This document shows positions 1 to 9,635 of a stretch of 64,000 bases of DNA, in pieces. The notes beneath the pieces are model-generated. The model did no database searches, was not told where the DNA came from, and saw nothing but the letters and a program-made list of their open reading frames with translations. How positions within the stretch are numbered: the stretch's first letter is position 1; each line of letters starts with the position of its first letter. A program made the position numbers and the translations under genes. This stretch comes from a virus (taxonomy: Duplodnaviria; Heunggongvirae; Uroviricota; Caudoviricetes). The stretch lies in the IMG/VR virus record IMGVR_UViG_3300025387_000012, positions 64,001-128,000 of that record. One strand, given 5' to 3'.

Positions 1-1
1 C

Positions 2-460
2 GCGAAGACCTTCGGGCTTGAGACGGGTGGAACTGCGCCGCTGGGGTTTAGGACCGCAAATGGCCCAGACCCATCCTTGGCGGAGTTCGGGCTGGTCGAG
101 GATTCATCCACCCACTACCGTCCCCGCACCCTCCGCAACATCCTCGACTCTGACGGCACCGTGATCTTCGCTAGCAACTTCACCTCGTCTGGGACAGAGC
201 TGACAATCAACCTCTGCAAGAAGCACAAGAAGCCGGTCTATCTCGTCCATCTGCCGATGACGATAGATCGGTGGATTCCGTTCGTGAACGACATGACGGC
301 GCGCTTCATCATAAAGCATCGCATTGACACCCTGAACGTCGCTGGTAACCGCGATCGGGCTGAGAATAAGAACTTTCATCGTGACTCAGCCAAAGGTCTC
401 CTAGAGGAAGTTCTGGGAGACCTTCAGGCGTTAGAATTTCTGAACGTCCCGACGAAGTAA
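2..460 (+). CDS. SLOG-fold / putative molybdenum-carrier-like protein, 5'-truncated by window edge
   Basis: Frame is open from base 2 (AKTFGLETGGTAPLGFRT...). YRPRTLRNILDSDGTVIF and LNVAGNR are typical of the MoCo_carrier/YpsA-like SLOG family. Confidence 0.65.
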   Translation, partial: AKTFGLETGGTAPLGFRTANGPDPSLAEFGLVEDSSTHYRPRTLRNILDSDGTVIFASNFTSSGTELTINLCKKHKKPVYLVHLPMTIDRWIPFVNDMTARFIIKHRIDTLNVAGNRDRAENKNFHRDSAKGLLEEVLGDLQALEFLNVPTK

Positions 461-489
461 ATAAGACGTTCCTTTCCTCAAATAGAAAA

Positions 490-768
490 ATGGCTTACGT
501 GTCTGACGCCCTCATCGCAATCATGCTCGACGAAAGCGTCAATCAGCTTCGTGATGAGCTAAAGGTCCTCGAGTTCCAACTGACTGGTGCTCATCGGGAC
601 ATGTACCTCACCCACGACGGAGAGGACACCATCATCGTTTACTGCCCGATCCATTTGAAGGCCTACATCCCGAAGAAGTACAACGGGTGGCCGATCGAAA
701 CCCGCGAATGGACCGATGGCAACATGCTTCTGGACATCGACGATCCCATCGACCTTTTTGTATATTGA
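490..768 (+). CDS. hypothetical protein
   Basis: 92-aa ORF in operon context, TAAATA box at 458-463 upstream, phage-like codon usage. Confidence 0.7.
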   Translation: MAYVSDALIAIMLDESVNQLRDELKVLEFQLTGAHRDMYLTHDGEDTIIVYCPIHLKAYIPKKYNGWPIETREWTDGNMLLDIDDPIDLFVY

Positions 769-777
769 GCCCATCAC

Positions 778-1698
778 ATGGAACAAGAGTATCTTGATCT
801 CGTAGAATACGTTCTCGAATCTGGCGAGGAACGTTCTGATCGTACCGGTGTTGGTACGCTCTCGGTATTTGGTCAGCAGATTCGCTGCGACCTTTCAGAA
901 GGCTTCCCCCTTCTCACCACCAAGAAAACGCTCTTCAAGCCGATCCTAGGCGAGCTGCTTTGGTTCGTTGAGGGATCATCTGACGAGCGTCGTCTCGCTG
1001 AGATCACCTACGACACCCGCGACCCATCGCGAACCACGATCTGGACCGCGAACGCGAACGCCGACTACTGGAAAGGTGCCAAGTTCGAAGGTGATCTCGG
1101 TCGCGTCTACGGAGTTCAGTGGCGCCATTGGCAGCACTACACTATCCGCGGGTACTCCGATTCTGTCGAGCATCTCAATGGCGCGCAGACCTTCCTCGGC
1201 GCCAAGGTCCTCGTCGAGGAGCACGATCAGATCAAGAAGATCGTTGAGACGCTGAAGACCAATCCTCATGATCGCCGAATGGTTCTGACTGCATTCAACG
1301 TCGGCGAGATCAGCGACATGGCACTTCCTCCTTGCCACATGTTCGCCCAGTTCTACGCGAGCAAGAAGACCAACAAGCTTTCGTGTCAGGTCTACATTCG
1401 CTCAAACGATCTGTTCCTGGGCCTGCCGTTCAACATCGCATCATACGCTCTGTTGACACACATGATCGCGCAGGTGACAGGTTTCCAAGTAGGTGAGTTG
1501 GTCATCACCATTGGTGATGCACACATCTACCTCAACCACGTCGAGCAGGTTAAGGAGCAGCTTTCGCGGACTCCATTCTCTCCTCCTAAGCTCGAGATCA
1601 ATCCAGCGGTTACCGACATTGACGGCTTCACAATGAATGACTTCAAGTTGGTCGGTTACCAATCTCATCCCGCAATCACAGCACCTATGGCAGTCTGA
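778..1698 (+). CDS. thyA: thymidylate synthase
   Basis: DRTGVGT, GFPLLTTKK, catalytic LPPCH, YIRSNDLFLGLPFNIASY (Asn form, dUMP-specific), DAHIYLNH. Confidence 0.97.
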   Translation: MEQEYLDLVEYVLESGEERSDRTGVGTLSVFGQQIRCDLSEGFPLLTTKKTLFKPILGELLWFVEGSSDERRLAEITYDTRDPSRTTIWTANANADYWKGAKFEGDLGRVYGVQWRHWQHYTIRGYSDSVEHLNGAQTFLGAKVLVEEHDQIKKIVETLKTNPHDRRMVLTAFNVGEISDMALPPCHMFAQFYASKKTNKLSCQVYIRSNDLFLGLPFNIASYALLTHMIAQVTGFQVGELVITIGDAHIYLNHVEQVKEQLSRTPFSPPKLEINPAVTDIDGFTMNDFKLVGYQSHPAITAPMAV

Positions 1699-1699
1699 C

Positions 1700-2179
1700 A
1701 TGTCTGAACAGCAATACGACGAGTACGTTTTCGGCGGCGGTAATGGTACGGCCGTTTCCGAGTTCCCTGACATAGAAGGTTATCCTCTTGATCCGATCCC
1801 GGTCGAGGATGCATTCTCAGCCACCATGGTAAAGACCATTCCGCGAAAGATCGCTGAGTGGTTGGCTCGTCTCGAGCAGGACCTGACCGTTCCTTTCTCC
1901 TTTGGCAAAATCTACTTCAAGCTCTTCCCAGAAGGCGGGTCTCTTGAGTACGGTTCTGTTCTCGATGACGATCTGATCTGCATCTGGTGGTCCGGCAGAG
2001 TGTCAGAGATCGAGGGCATCAGCGTCAATCGTGATTACCTCTGTACTGTCCGCGAGAACCTTGGCGAGTTTGTTTCTGCAGAGCAGGCCATCTATGGCGT
2101 GATGGAGCTGTTTGAAGAATCGCTTAGCCCAGAGGATGAGCCTAAGATGCCGGAGCAATACACCCGTGCAGAAGACTGA
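1700..2179 (+). CDS. hypothetical acidic protein
   Basis: ATG at 1700 directly after the thyA stop; the ORF-track start at 1637 overlaps thyA. Confidence 0.7.
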   Translation: MSEQQYDEYVFGGGNGTAVSEFPDIEGYPLDPIPVEDAFSATMVKTIPRKIAEWLARLEQDLTVPFSFGKIYFKLFPEGGSLEYGSVLDDDLICIWWSGRVSEIEGISVNRDYLCTVRENLGEFVSAEQAIYGVMELFEESLSPEDEPKMPEQYTRAED

Positions 2180-2579
2180 AATCTTCAGGCATCTACGACC
2201 ACATTGGTACGATAGAAGAAAGCACCAGCTCGTCCCTCAACCGATGGGCGGGCTTTCTTTTATGCTGGTCCCGAGCGCAGCACAAACGTATGACTTCTGG
2301 ATTTACATCTGCCCAGAGGACGCACCGTTCTCATCGAAACAAGCGGTTAAGACACTCCGCGAGTGTATTCCAAAGCGTATCGTGCCTTTCGGGACGCTAA
2401 CTCTCGATGAAACACCCCTAATACAGCAGCTTACGAAATATCTCATCTCTGAGATGATGGCGCTTCCTTCTGAAGCGAGTAAGCAGGCTCTCACGATCAA
2501 CCTAATCAATGCATTCGCTGAGCGCAAGATGCGCTTGAGAGAGCAGGCAAGCAATGCAACCAGACACTACAGCGAGTAA
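2112..2579 (+). CDS. hypothetical protein (true start probably GTG near 2166)
   Basis: Fills the gap between neighbouring genes in the same operon. Confidence 0.6.
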   Translation: MKNRLAQRMSLRCRSNTPVQKTEIFRHLRPHWYDRRKHQLVPQPMGGLSFMLVPSAAQTYDFWIYICPEDAPFSSKQAVKTLRECIPKRIVPFGTLTLDETPLIQQLTKYLISEMMALPSEASKQALTINLINAFAERKMRLREQASNATRHYSE

Positions 2580-2583
2580 TGAC

Positions 2584-3036
2584 ATGAGACGGGTTAGACA
2601 CGGCGATTTGTTGAGTGTTCAGCAGGGCATCATCGTTCATGGGTGCAATGCCCGCGGCGTGATGGGTTCTGGCGTTGCTGCCCAGGTTAAACAAAAGTAT
2701 CCGGCTGCATACGAAGAATACAAGCGGCATGATGGCAAATATCAGCTTGGGATGATTATCCCAGCTCTCGTTGCGCCAAACCTTGTCATCATCAACGCGA
2801 TTACTCAAAAAGACTATGGGCGTATTGAGGGTCGTCTTTATGCCGACTACGATGCGATCAAGATTGCATTTGAGCAGATCGCCCAGATCGCCGATGAATC
2901 TGGAATGGAAGTCCACTACCCGCAGATCGGAGCAGGTCTGGCACAAGGTGATTGGCGCATCATCTCGCTCATCATCGACAAGGCGTTCGAACCATACCCG
3001 AACGTAGACAGGACGCTGTGGGTCTACCAAGGTTAA
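2584..3036 (+). CDS. macrodomain protein (ADP-ribose binding/hydrolase; T4 Tk.4 / DarG-macro-like)
   Basis: GDLL...IVHGCNARGVMGSGVAAQVKQKYP, NAITQKDYG and PQIGAGLAQGDW are canonical macrodomain motifs. Confidence 0.9.
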   Translation: MRRVRHGDLLSVQQGIIVHGCNARGVMGSGVAAQVKQKYPAAYEEYKRHDGKYQLGMIIPALVAPNLVIINAITQKDYGRIEGRLYADYDAIKIAFEQIAQIADESGMEVHYPQIGAGLAQGDWRIISLIIDKAFEPYPNVDRTLWVYQG

Positions 3037-3101
3037 CCGCAGTGTGAACCATCGGAGAATAAATAGGGCTAACAACAAGTTAGCTCGGTTTATTCTCCAC
3101 A

Positions 3102-4802
3102 ATGAAGCTTATCCAACTACTCCAAGAAGCTAGTGATCTTAGTCTAGATGACCTGAAAAAGGCCATGACTAAGGATAAGCGCGTCGCAATGATCTTCAAC
3201 AAAGACTTGAAGATCGACGACATCGAAGATAAGGCCGCGTTCCTTAAGACGTTGAAGTACTACCTCTTCAACAACCAAAACGTAATCTCCTTTGTAAAGT
3301 CGAGAGACAGCGGAAACACCAAGATTGGTGCGCGCACGTTTGCGAGCTTCCGCACAACAACTCCAGAAGAACTTGAAAAGCGTCTTGAGTGGATTCAAGA
3401 GCTGGTGCGTGACATCTTCAAGGAACACGCAACGGTTCAGAAGGGCGCTATCTCCAAGTACACCAAGAAGGACATTGAGGAGTGGGTTAACGCTAACAGC
3501 GGGTACCACAACCTCCGCCAGTCAACCCAAGACGAGCTGATGTCGATCCCTGGCATCCGCCCAGACCACAAGATCGTTGTCTATCGTGGCGTCCTCTTCG
3601 CTGAACACTCGCTGAAGGAACGCGAGCGCTACGATGGCACGATGGAGAAGGGCAATGGCCTGAAGTTCCTCGAGATGATCCGCGATGGTGGTAAGACGGT
3701 TGATCTCGAGTGGGCAAAGCCATCGGCCTGGACGACCAGCAAGGACGTCGCTGAGAAGTTCGCCAAGTACGGTCCAGCGCAATCCAACTTTGCTGCGACC
3801 CTTCAGTGGCTTGAGCGTGGTTCAAAGAAGGCCGCGATTGACGGCGCGCTTGGCTATGTCGTCTCGACGCTTGCTGATCCAAAGGACATTCTGATTGATC
3901 TTCAGATGTACAACGCGACGATCAAGAGTCAGCACGGCAGTGAAAGCGAAGTCATTCTGAAGCCAGGCACCTACCTTGCCCGTGTGGTCAAGAAGTTTAC
4001 AGTCCACGGTGAAGTTGATCCAACCGTTCCTGACGAAGATGTCAATGAGCTACCAGCAGCCAAGGCCGTTGGCGTCGTAAAGGAACTCAAGGCCGCAACT
4101 GACCTTCCAGACGAGACATCAATACTCGACGAATACAAGGACAAGTGGCGATACGAAGCAGGTGATCTTCTAGCAAACACCCAAGCATTCAAGCAGCTCG
4201 CCACTTCGGGAACCACCACGGCTGTCAATCACGCCTTTGACAAGCTGATGAAAATCTACAACGAAAACCTGAGCCACCTTTCAGACGATGATGTTCGCGC
4301 TGACAAGTTCGCGTCTAATCCTCAGGTCCGGAAAAACGTAGATAAGCTTAAGGAGATTATCGGACGCTTCACCGATCAGGTGTCGCATTCCAAGTTCGCC
4401 ACTCCAGAAAATCGCCAGGCTAAGGGAAAAACCCATCTGCTTTCCGGTGAAGAGTTCCGTCAGACGATTAACCCACATGACATCAAGCAGATCGAACGTG
4501 ATCTTCTTACTCGTGGCGCAATCACCAGCTCTGACAATGCGCGTTATCTGAACAGCATCGCGCATGCAGTAGGTACGCAAGTACCAAGCGTAAGCCACTT
4601 CGCCCAGCGTGGAGCGGCAAAACAGAAGCCGGTTATCGATGACATCGTTAATCGCTTCTACGACAAACTCGGTGTCGATAAGCCGAGTGATGAAAGTGAC
4701 GCCCTCAAGGGAATGATCAACCTCGTCAAGAAAGTATCCAGGAATTATCAAATGCTAAAGCTAATCAAAAGTGCCCATGAGCTCATGGGGGAGCTTGATT
4801 GA
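3102..4802 (+). CDS. probable ADP-ribosyltransferase (R-S-E type), likely virion-packaged
   Basis: VVYRG, SAWTTSKDVAEKFA and ESEVIL occur in the order of the R-S-E ART triad. N-terminus MKLIQLLQE/A resembles a head-targeting propeptide. TAAATA at 3060-3065. Confidence 0.6.
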   Translation: MKLIQLLQEASDLSLDDLKKAMTKDKRVAMIFNKDLKIDDIEDKAAFLKTLKYYLFNNQNVISFVKSRDSGNTKIGARTFASFRTTTPEELEKRLEWIQELVRDIFKEHATVQKGAISKYTKKDIEEWVNANSGYHNLRQSTQDELMSIPGIRPDHKIVVYRGVLFAEHSLKERERYDGTMEKGNGLKFLEMIRDGGKTVDLEWAKPSAWTTSKDVAEKFAKYGPAQSNFAATLQWLERGSKKAAIDGALGYVVSTLADPKDILIDLQMYNATIKSQHGSESEVILKPGTYLARVVKKFTVHGEVDPTVPDEDVNELPAAKAVGVVKELKAATDLPDETSILDEYKDKWRYEAGDLLANTQAFKQLATSGTTTAVNHAFDKLMKIYNENLSHLSDDDVRADKFASNPQVRKNVDKLKEIIGRFTDQVSHSKFATPENRQAKGKTHLLSGEEFRQTINPHDIKQIERDLLTRGAITSSDNARYLNSIAHAVGTQVPSVSHFAQRGAAKQKPVIDDIVNRFYDKLGVDKPSDESDALKGMINLVKKVSRNYQMLKLIKSAHELMGELD

Positions 4803-5935
4803 TCCAAGCCGCCACTCGGCGTGCATCCACATCAGCGGTTAAAAACGCACAACAGATTTCGGATCACGTCACTTCCGCATTGCCTCTTCAGGAGATGCGG
4901 AATAGCCGCGGACAGAACTACTCCACAACTCAGTTCTACCAACTCCGCTTCAAGCCTATTGATCGGAAGACGCCGCTCTCTGACGTCTTGACGATGGTCG
5001 AGGATCACCTGCGAACAGGGACCTCTCGAAGAATGGGCATCACCCAGGTTCAAGTCAACCAGCGATCTCAAAACTCAGGCAAGTATTCGTCCGTGTCTTT
5101 CGTTCTGGATGGAGCCAACTACGACATCGTCGTGGCACTCGGTGGGAACGCTGGCGAGACCTTCGAGAAGGAGCTGCTCCAGAAAATGGACGCGCTACTG
5201 AAGGGTCGACACACCGAAGACCTGTCGATCGCTATTGCTGCGTTTGACGCCCTAGAAAGGCTCGATGCTGTGTTCGCGCTCCCCAACATCTCTGCGGTTG
5301 CAGCACGAACTGGGTCCACGAAGCGGTCTGGCGACATGTCTCCGGAAGACACTGGCGCGATCATCGCGGACATCATCGTGCATCTACGAGATGGGGGCAA
5401 GAAGTACATCTCGGTGAAGAACAACAACGGGAACACGGTCGCGCAGTTCGGAATCTCAGCTGCGTTTAACGATGATCTCACGGTTAACGTCCAGACTTCT
5501 GAGTGGCGGAACTGGTGTGCGCCTTTCGACCTTGACCCGATGAAGGTCATGGAGGGTCTGCGCGCGGCTCGGGATGGGGTCGACCTCTCATTCGATCCGG
5601 TAGAGCTGCGTTCTGGGGTCATTCCAGAGAACTCTCAGATCTTCACGATCATGCGCAAGATGTGGGGCGCGAACTATTACTACCTTCGTGAAAGTCGAAC
5701 TGCTCCATTCGCGAAGAAGATTGACACTGACTACGTCAACAACGTGATGCTCAAGAACCTAGAAGTGACTGAAGTCAGATATCCAGCGAGCGGGCGGAAG
5801 CAGATCACGGTATATCTGCGTTCGGATCATGGTCGCTTCAAGCTTGAGTTCCGCAATCCTCGTGGGGCCAGGGGCGGCAAGCCTAACATCCGCCCCTCTC
5901 AGATCCAACTGATCGCGCTAAAATCCGCAAAGTGA
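4799..5935 (+). CDS. putative PD-(D/E)XK restriction-endonuclease-fold protein
   Basis: GETFEKELL ... IIADIIV ... KKYISVK fits an E...D...(S/E)xK nuclease core. Start uncertain (TTG overlapping the previous stop). Confidence 0.5.
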   Translation: MIQAATRRASTSAVKNAQQISDHVTSALPLQEMRNSRGQNYSTTQFYQLRFKPIDRKTPLSDVLTMVEDHLRTGTSRRMGITQVQVNQRSQNSGKYSSVSFVLDGANYDIVVALGGNAGETFEKELLQKMDALLKGRHTEDLSIAIAAFDALERLDAVFALPNISAVAARTGSTKRSGDMSPEDTGAIIADIIVHLRDGGKKYISVKNNNGNTVAQFGISAAFNDDLTVNVQTSEWRNWCAPFDLDPMKVMEGLRAARDGVDLSFDPVELRSGVIPENSQIFTIMRKMWGANYYYLRESRTAPFAKKIDTDYVNNVMLKNLEVTEVRYPASGRKQITVYLRSDHGRFKLEFRNPRGARGGKPNIRPSQIQLIALKSAK

Positions 5936-5984
5936 TCCACCGAGCATAAATATCAGGAACCTTTCAAAAGGGGATTAGGAGCAA

Positions 5985-6170
5985 ATGGCAAAAAGCCCTG
6001 ATTTTGAAGATAACAAGCATGTCGCCCGGAAGATCGACAAGAAGAAGCGCCATGCGCGTGGCTTCACAGAAGATGTTCAGGACAAGAGGCAGTCGCGGAT
6101 TAACTTCAAGCGCTATCTTCTCGAGCTCGAGGAAGAAGAGCTAGACGAAGAGCTGGACGAGAACCTTTAA
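5985..6170 (+). CDS. small charged hypothetical protein
   Basis: SD AGGAG and CATAAATA box at 5945-5952. Basic N-half, acidic C-tail. Confidence 0.75.
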   Translation: MAKSPDFEDNKHVARKIDKKKRHARGFTEDVQDKRQSRINFKRYLLELEEEELDEELDENL

Positions 6171-6179
6171 GGAAGCGAA

Positions 6180-6371
6180 ATGCTGGTAGTTCCTATCGAG
6201 AAGGACGTCATCACGACTACTGATGGCGCCAAATACAAGGTTACGGAGTACACCAACTACAAAGAAGCGGGTCCGGCTGTTTATGCGCGCTCTTGTCGTT
6301 GCTTTGGTTGTCAGCGTAATCGCCGGGATCGTGTTTCACTTTATCCGCTAAACTGGGAATACAATGACTAA
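6180..6371 (+). CDS. hypothetical protein, possibly truncated or fused
   Basis: SD AAGGA. N-half looks like phage protein; C-half overlaps a hydrophobic micro-ORF in another frame (6283-6351). Confidence 0.5.
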   Translation: MLVVPIEKDVITTTDGAKYKVTEYTNYKEAGPAVYARSCRCFGCQRNRRDRVSLYPLNWEYND

Positions 6372-6585
6372 GAAGTTTGGCTTAATCTCGGGGCTTGAGG
6401 CGCAAGCTGATTCGCCGAAGAAGAAGTATCAGGTGTTTGAGGCCGAGCTTGGCTTTGAGAAGGTTCAAGTCGTTGTCCCTTTTGAAAGCGCTGATGTATT
6501 CGTTGCTGAGGCCGAGAGTGTAAGACCAAAAAGCCGTTCATCACTGAAGCGCCTCGCTGAAAAGTTTGGAGGCGAGCTAACGTGA
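6364..6585 (+). CDS. hypothetical protein
   Basis: 73 aa, overlaps both neighbours as expected in an operon. Confidence 0.7.
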   Translation: MTKKFGLISGLEAQADSPKKKYQVFEAELGFEKVQVVVPFESADVFVAEAESVRPKSRSSLKRLAEKFGGELT

Positions 6586-7157
6586 CCGGTCCACTTCAGC
6601 TTTTTACCAACAACGCAATATCGATTCTTGACCAGAATCTTTCGCCAACTGGAACAGTCATCCATCTGGCGCAAAACTATGGTCCACTGTTTCCTGTTCC
6701 ACAGAATCCTGGCGAGTTCTTCCTCGTCACTCTTGAAACAACTACCGCCCCCTTCCATCGAGAAATCGTAAAGATCGACCAACGCGTCGGCGATGATCTC
6801 CATGTCGCGGCCGGTGGTCGTGCGCAGGAAGGAACAACTGCTCAGGCATGGACAGCCGGTCTAACGATCGTTGACCATCGTATTACGGCCGAAACTATTC
6901 GCCAAGCATTCCTTCAGCCAGTCAGCTCTGGAGGGACGGGTGACGCCGGCCCTCCCCTGCTCAACCCGGTCTTCTCCTACAACACCGACGGCACGCTGGC
7001 GGAGATCGCCTACGAGGGTGGCGCCATGAAGGCGTTTGCCTATGAGGCCGGCCTGTTGGCGTCCGTCACCGAACATGCCGCGGACGGCACGGTGACCACG
7101 AAAGTCTTTCACTACACGGACGGTGTTTTGACCTCTATCGCCCAGGCGATCGCATGA
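6582..7157 (+). CDS. tail-fibre-associated protein with chimeric C-terminus
   Basis: FTNNA...REIVKI...RAQEGTTAQAWTAG...HRITA is a common tail-fibre N-terminal module. After about 6940 the DNA becomes GC-rich and encodes short YD-like beta repeats. Confidence 0.65.
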   Translation: MTGPLQLFTNNAISILDQNLSPTGTVIHLAQNYGPLFPVPQNPGEFFLVTLETTTAPFHREIVKIDQRVGDDLHVAAGGRAQEGTTAQAWTAGLTIVDHRITAETIRQAFLQPVSSGGTGDAGPPLLNPVFSYNTDGTLAEIAYEGGAMKAFAYEAGLLASVTEHAADGTVTTKVFHYTDGVLTSIAQAIA

Positions 7158-7242
7158 CGTGCTCATGTTCATCAGATGCGCTTGTGGTCGAGCTTAGCGG
7201 TATCGACCCTTGTGATGTATCAGCATAAGTGAAAACAGAAAT

Positions 7243-9402
7243 ATGACCTTTTCTATTTCAGGCAACACTATCACCCAAAGTGGAACGGACACGTCTTTAG
7301 CAAGCCTGTCGTCTGTTTCTGGTGTCACCGTTTTGACGATTGGGCCGTCAACTCTCTTCCAAAAGAAATACTATGTGCTGCCTGCAAACGCATCGCTTGT
7401 GTATAACAACTTAACAATCGATCCAAAAAACGAGTGCCTTGTGCTTGGGTCGGGAAATACAACAATTGCTCCCGCATCAAATTCGGCAGTTTTGCAAATT
7501 GGAAATCCAATAACACAAAATGGCTTTACCTACGCCTCGGCTGGCGAGGCCATAATCTCGCAATCAAACTCGGGAAATGCCTATCAGATGACTGCGGGTG
7601 TGAACTTCTATCAAGGCACTCTATACTGGTATTCCGGTATCATTCGGGTTTCAACATATTCCAGCTTCGGCGGAAACAACACTTACAGTAATAATGGCGT
7701 CATCACTGGATATTTGACTGGGTATATTGGCCCGAACGCTGTTTTAGAGGTCATCTACCCACCAACTGGGCAAGTGACTGAGGCCAACCAAATGGGATTT
7801 GGCCCAGCTGCTAGTCTGGTCATTGATGGCCTTACTGTCAGAGGTTACGGCACTAGTCCACAGTCCGCGTTGATTATTTTCAACACCAATGTGGTGTTAA
7901 CAACGCCGCCAGTATTCAATCTGCAAGGTGTCGCTGGACTGACTTATGGAGCGACGTCCGGGTCTGAATCAAATCCCGTGACCACAAGTCAAGCTCCGAA
8001 TGCAAGACAGGGCACGTTTCTGTCGATCTACGGATTTAAGTCTAATGCAAGTGCAAAAGGGTTAAATCTATTTGCGGGATCGCTGCTGCGCGGGGTCAAT
8101 CTATCCGTTGGGTCTGCAATTCCAATAGTTCCGCACAACATTACAGCTGGGCAGACCCAAGGGTATGTGGAGGTGCGCAACGAGGCGAAATTTACATTCA
8201 AGTCACAAGCCGGGGTGCTGATCCAAGGCGTGGTTGTCTATATGAAAGACACCAACAATGGTCAGAGGCGCATCTATAACCTTTGCCAACAGTCCATCAA
8301 TAATACGGCGGACAACGTATATATTCAGTCATCAGACTCGACCGGCGTGGCCCAGTTCATGGGCACGTCCAATTCAATTTTGCTCTGCGCCGTAGCGCAT
8401 CTGGTCGCGAACAGCGACTTTACAAACAATGCTGGTGAAAACATCAAAGACCTTCGGTCTAAAACGAATACCGAGGGTGCAGATGATTTTACGTTCTATG
8501 CCTGGCACTACAACTATAGCGTCCTTCCCATCAACGTTGTTTTGCACAGCGACACGACGCCGTTCACGCTGAGCAACACGCTGATCACTGACCCTTATGT
8601 GACTCTCACGTCCTCGGCGGCGGCGGCAAAGCTCGCATCGAATTTTGCTGTTTCCACAACCGGCCCAGGCACTATCACCGTCCGCGCGTCGTCGTCCTTT
8701 GACGACTTGTACGACTGCATGAAGGCCTACAAGGTTTCTCCGACGCAAGCGAACCTGGAGTTCTTAGGAATAACAAATCAAATTATCAATGCCAGCGGCA
8801 ACATTGCAGATGCTGGCTCGGTAAATATTATTGGACTTGAGTATTTCACTTCCGGTTCAAAGATGACGACCATTAAATCAACCGGTGCGTTGACCGCCAA
8901 TGGTGCGATTTCGAATGGCCTATCAATAATTGGAAACGTGACCCAAGCCACGCCAACCAATTTAACAAATGTCACGATCAGCGGAAATCTTACCTACAAT
9001 ACAAACACTCCCGTAACTGTCACTCTGACCAATTGCACGATTACAGGAACAATCAGCAATAGCGGGACTGGTCTGATAACCGTTGTCCTGGCCAACTCGA
9101 CCATTGGAGCGGCTGGCTCAAATGTTGTTTCCTACGGGTCTGCGCCTGTTTCATTGTCGAATGTCGTCATCGGTTCGAATTGGGCCGTAGTCGACGCGAC
9201 GACCAATGCCATCATTGCAAGTGGAACAGCTGCAACCAGCGCGGTGTCATTCACCTATTTGTGGTCAGCGGACAAAAGCGTGAAGGTTAGGGTCCGGTAT
9301 TACGGATCGACTAAATACATTGCGTATGAAGCGTCCGGCGTTATTACTAGCGCGGGCTTGTCGATTGTTGTCAATCAAATCCAAGACACGATAGGGTCGT
9401 AA
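7243..9402 (+). CDS. beta-rich tail fibre / adhesin-like protein
   Basis: 719 aa, rich in T/S/G/N, beta-solenoid-like stretch (ITGTISNSGTGLITV). C-terminal module shared with 9636-11309. Confidence 0.6.
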   Translation: MTFSISGNTITQSGTDTSLASLSSVSGVTVLTIGPSTLFQKKYYVLPANASLVYNNLTIDPKNECLVLGSGNTTIAPASNSAVLQIGNPITQNGFTYASAGEAIISQSNSGNAYQMTAGVNFYQGTLYWYSGIIRVSTYSSFGGNNTYSNNGVITGYLTGYIGPNAVLEVIYPPTGQVTEANQMGFGPAASLVIDGLTVRGYGTSPQSALIIFNTNVVLTTPPVFNLQGVAGLTYGATSGSESNPVTTSQAPNARQGTFLSIYGFKSNASAKGLNLFAGSLLRGVNLSVGSAIPIVPHNITAGQTQGYVEVRNEAKFTFKSQAGVLIQGVVVYMKDTNNGQRRIYNLCQQSINNTADNVYIQSSDSTGVAQFMGTSNSILLCAVAHLVANSDFTNNAGENIKDLRSKTNTEGADDFTFYAWHYNYSVLPINVVLHSDTTPFTLSNTLITDPYVTLTSSAAAAKLASNFAVSTTGPGTITVRASSSFDDLYDCMKAYKVSPTQANLEFLGITNQIINASGNIADAGSVNIIGLEYFTSGSKMTTIKSTGALTANGAISNGLSIIGNVTQATPTNLTNVTISGNLTYNTNTPVTVTLTNCTITGTISNSGTGLITVVLANSTIGAAGSNVVSYGSAPVSLSNVVIGSNWAVVDATTNAIIASGTAATSAVSFTYLWSADKSVKVRVRYYGSTKYIAYEASGVITSAGLSIVVNQIQDTIGS

Positions 9403-9404
9403 AA

Positions 9405-9629
9405 ATGGACATCTCACCTTCTCAGGAAAATCAACATCTCTTTTGGACGGCCGTCACAAAGGACCGAGCGGATCTAACGCCAGAAGAATTTCGAGCCATC
9501 GTCGCCTGCTTCGGCTGGATGGATGACGACGAGCGAACGCGGTTCGCCATCAAGCGCGCAGACCTCACCGACGCTGAGATCCAGAACTATGCCGCCCTCC
9601 ACCTCCTCAACACCTATTTCCCGGAGTAA
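9405..9629 (+). CDS. small hypothetical protein with internal RADLT repeat
   Basis: 74 aa between two fibre-like genes. KDRADLTPEE and KRADLTDAE. Confidence 0.55.
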   Translation: MDISPSQENQHLFWTAVTKDRADLTPEEFRAIVACFGWMDDDERTRFAIKRADLTDAEIQNYAALHLLNTYFPE

Positions 9630-9635
9630 TCACCA

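Noticed and set aside
778-1698. Thymidylate synthase as a dCMP hydroxymethylase for modified DNA
   Set aside because: It carries the dUMP-specifying Asn in PFNIASY and otherwise canonical ThyA motifs.
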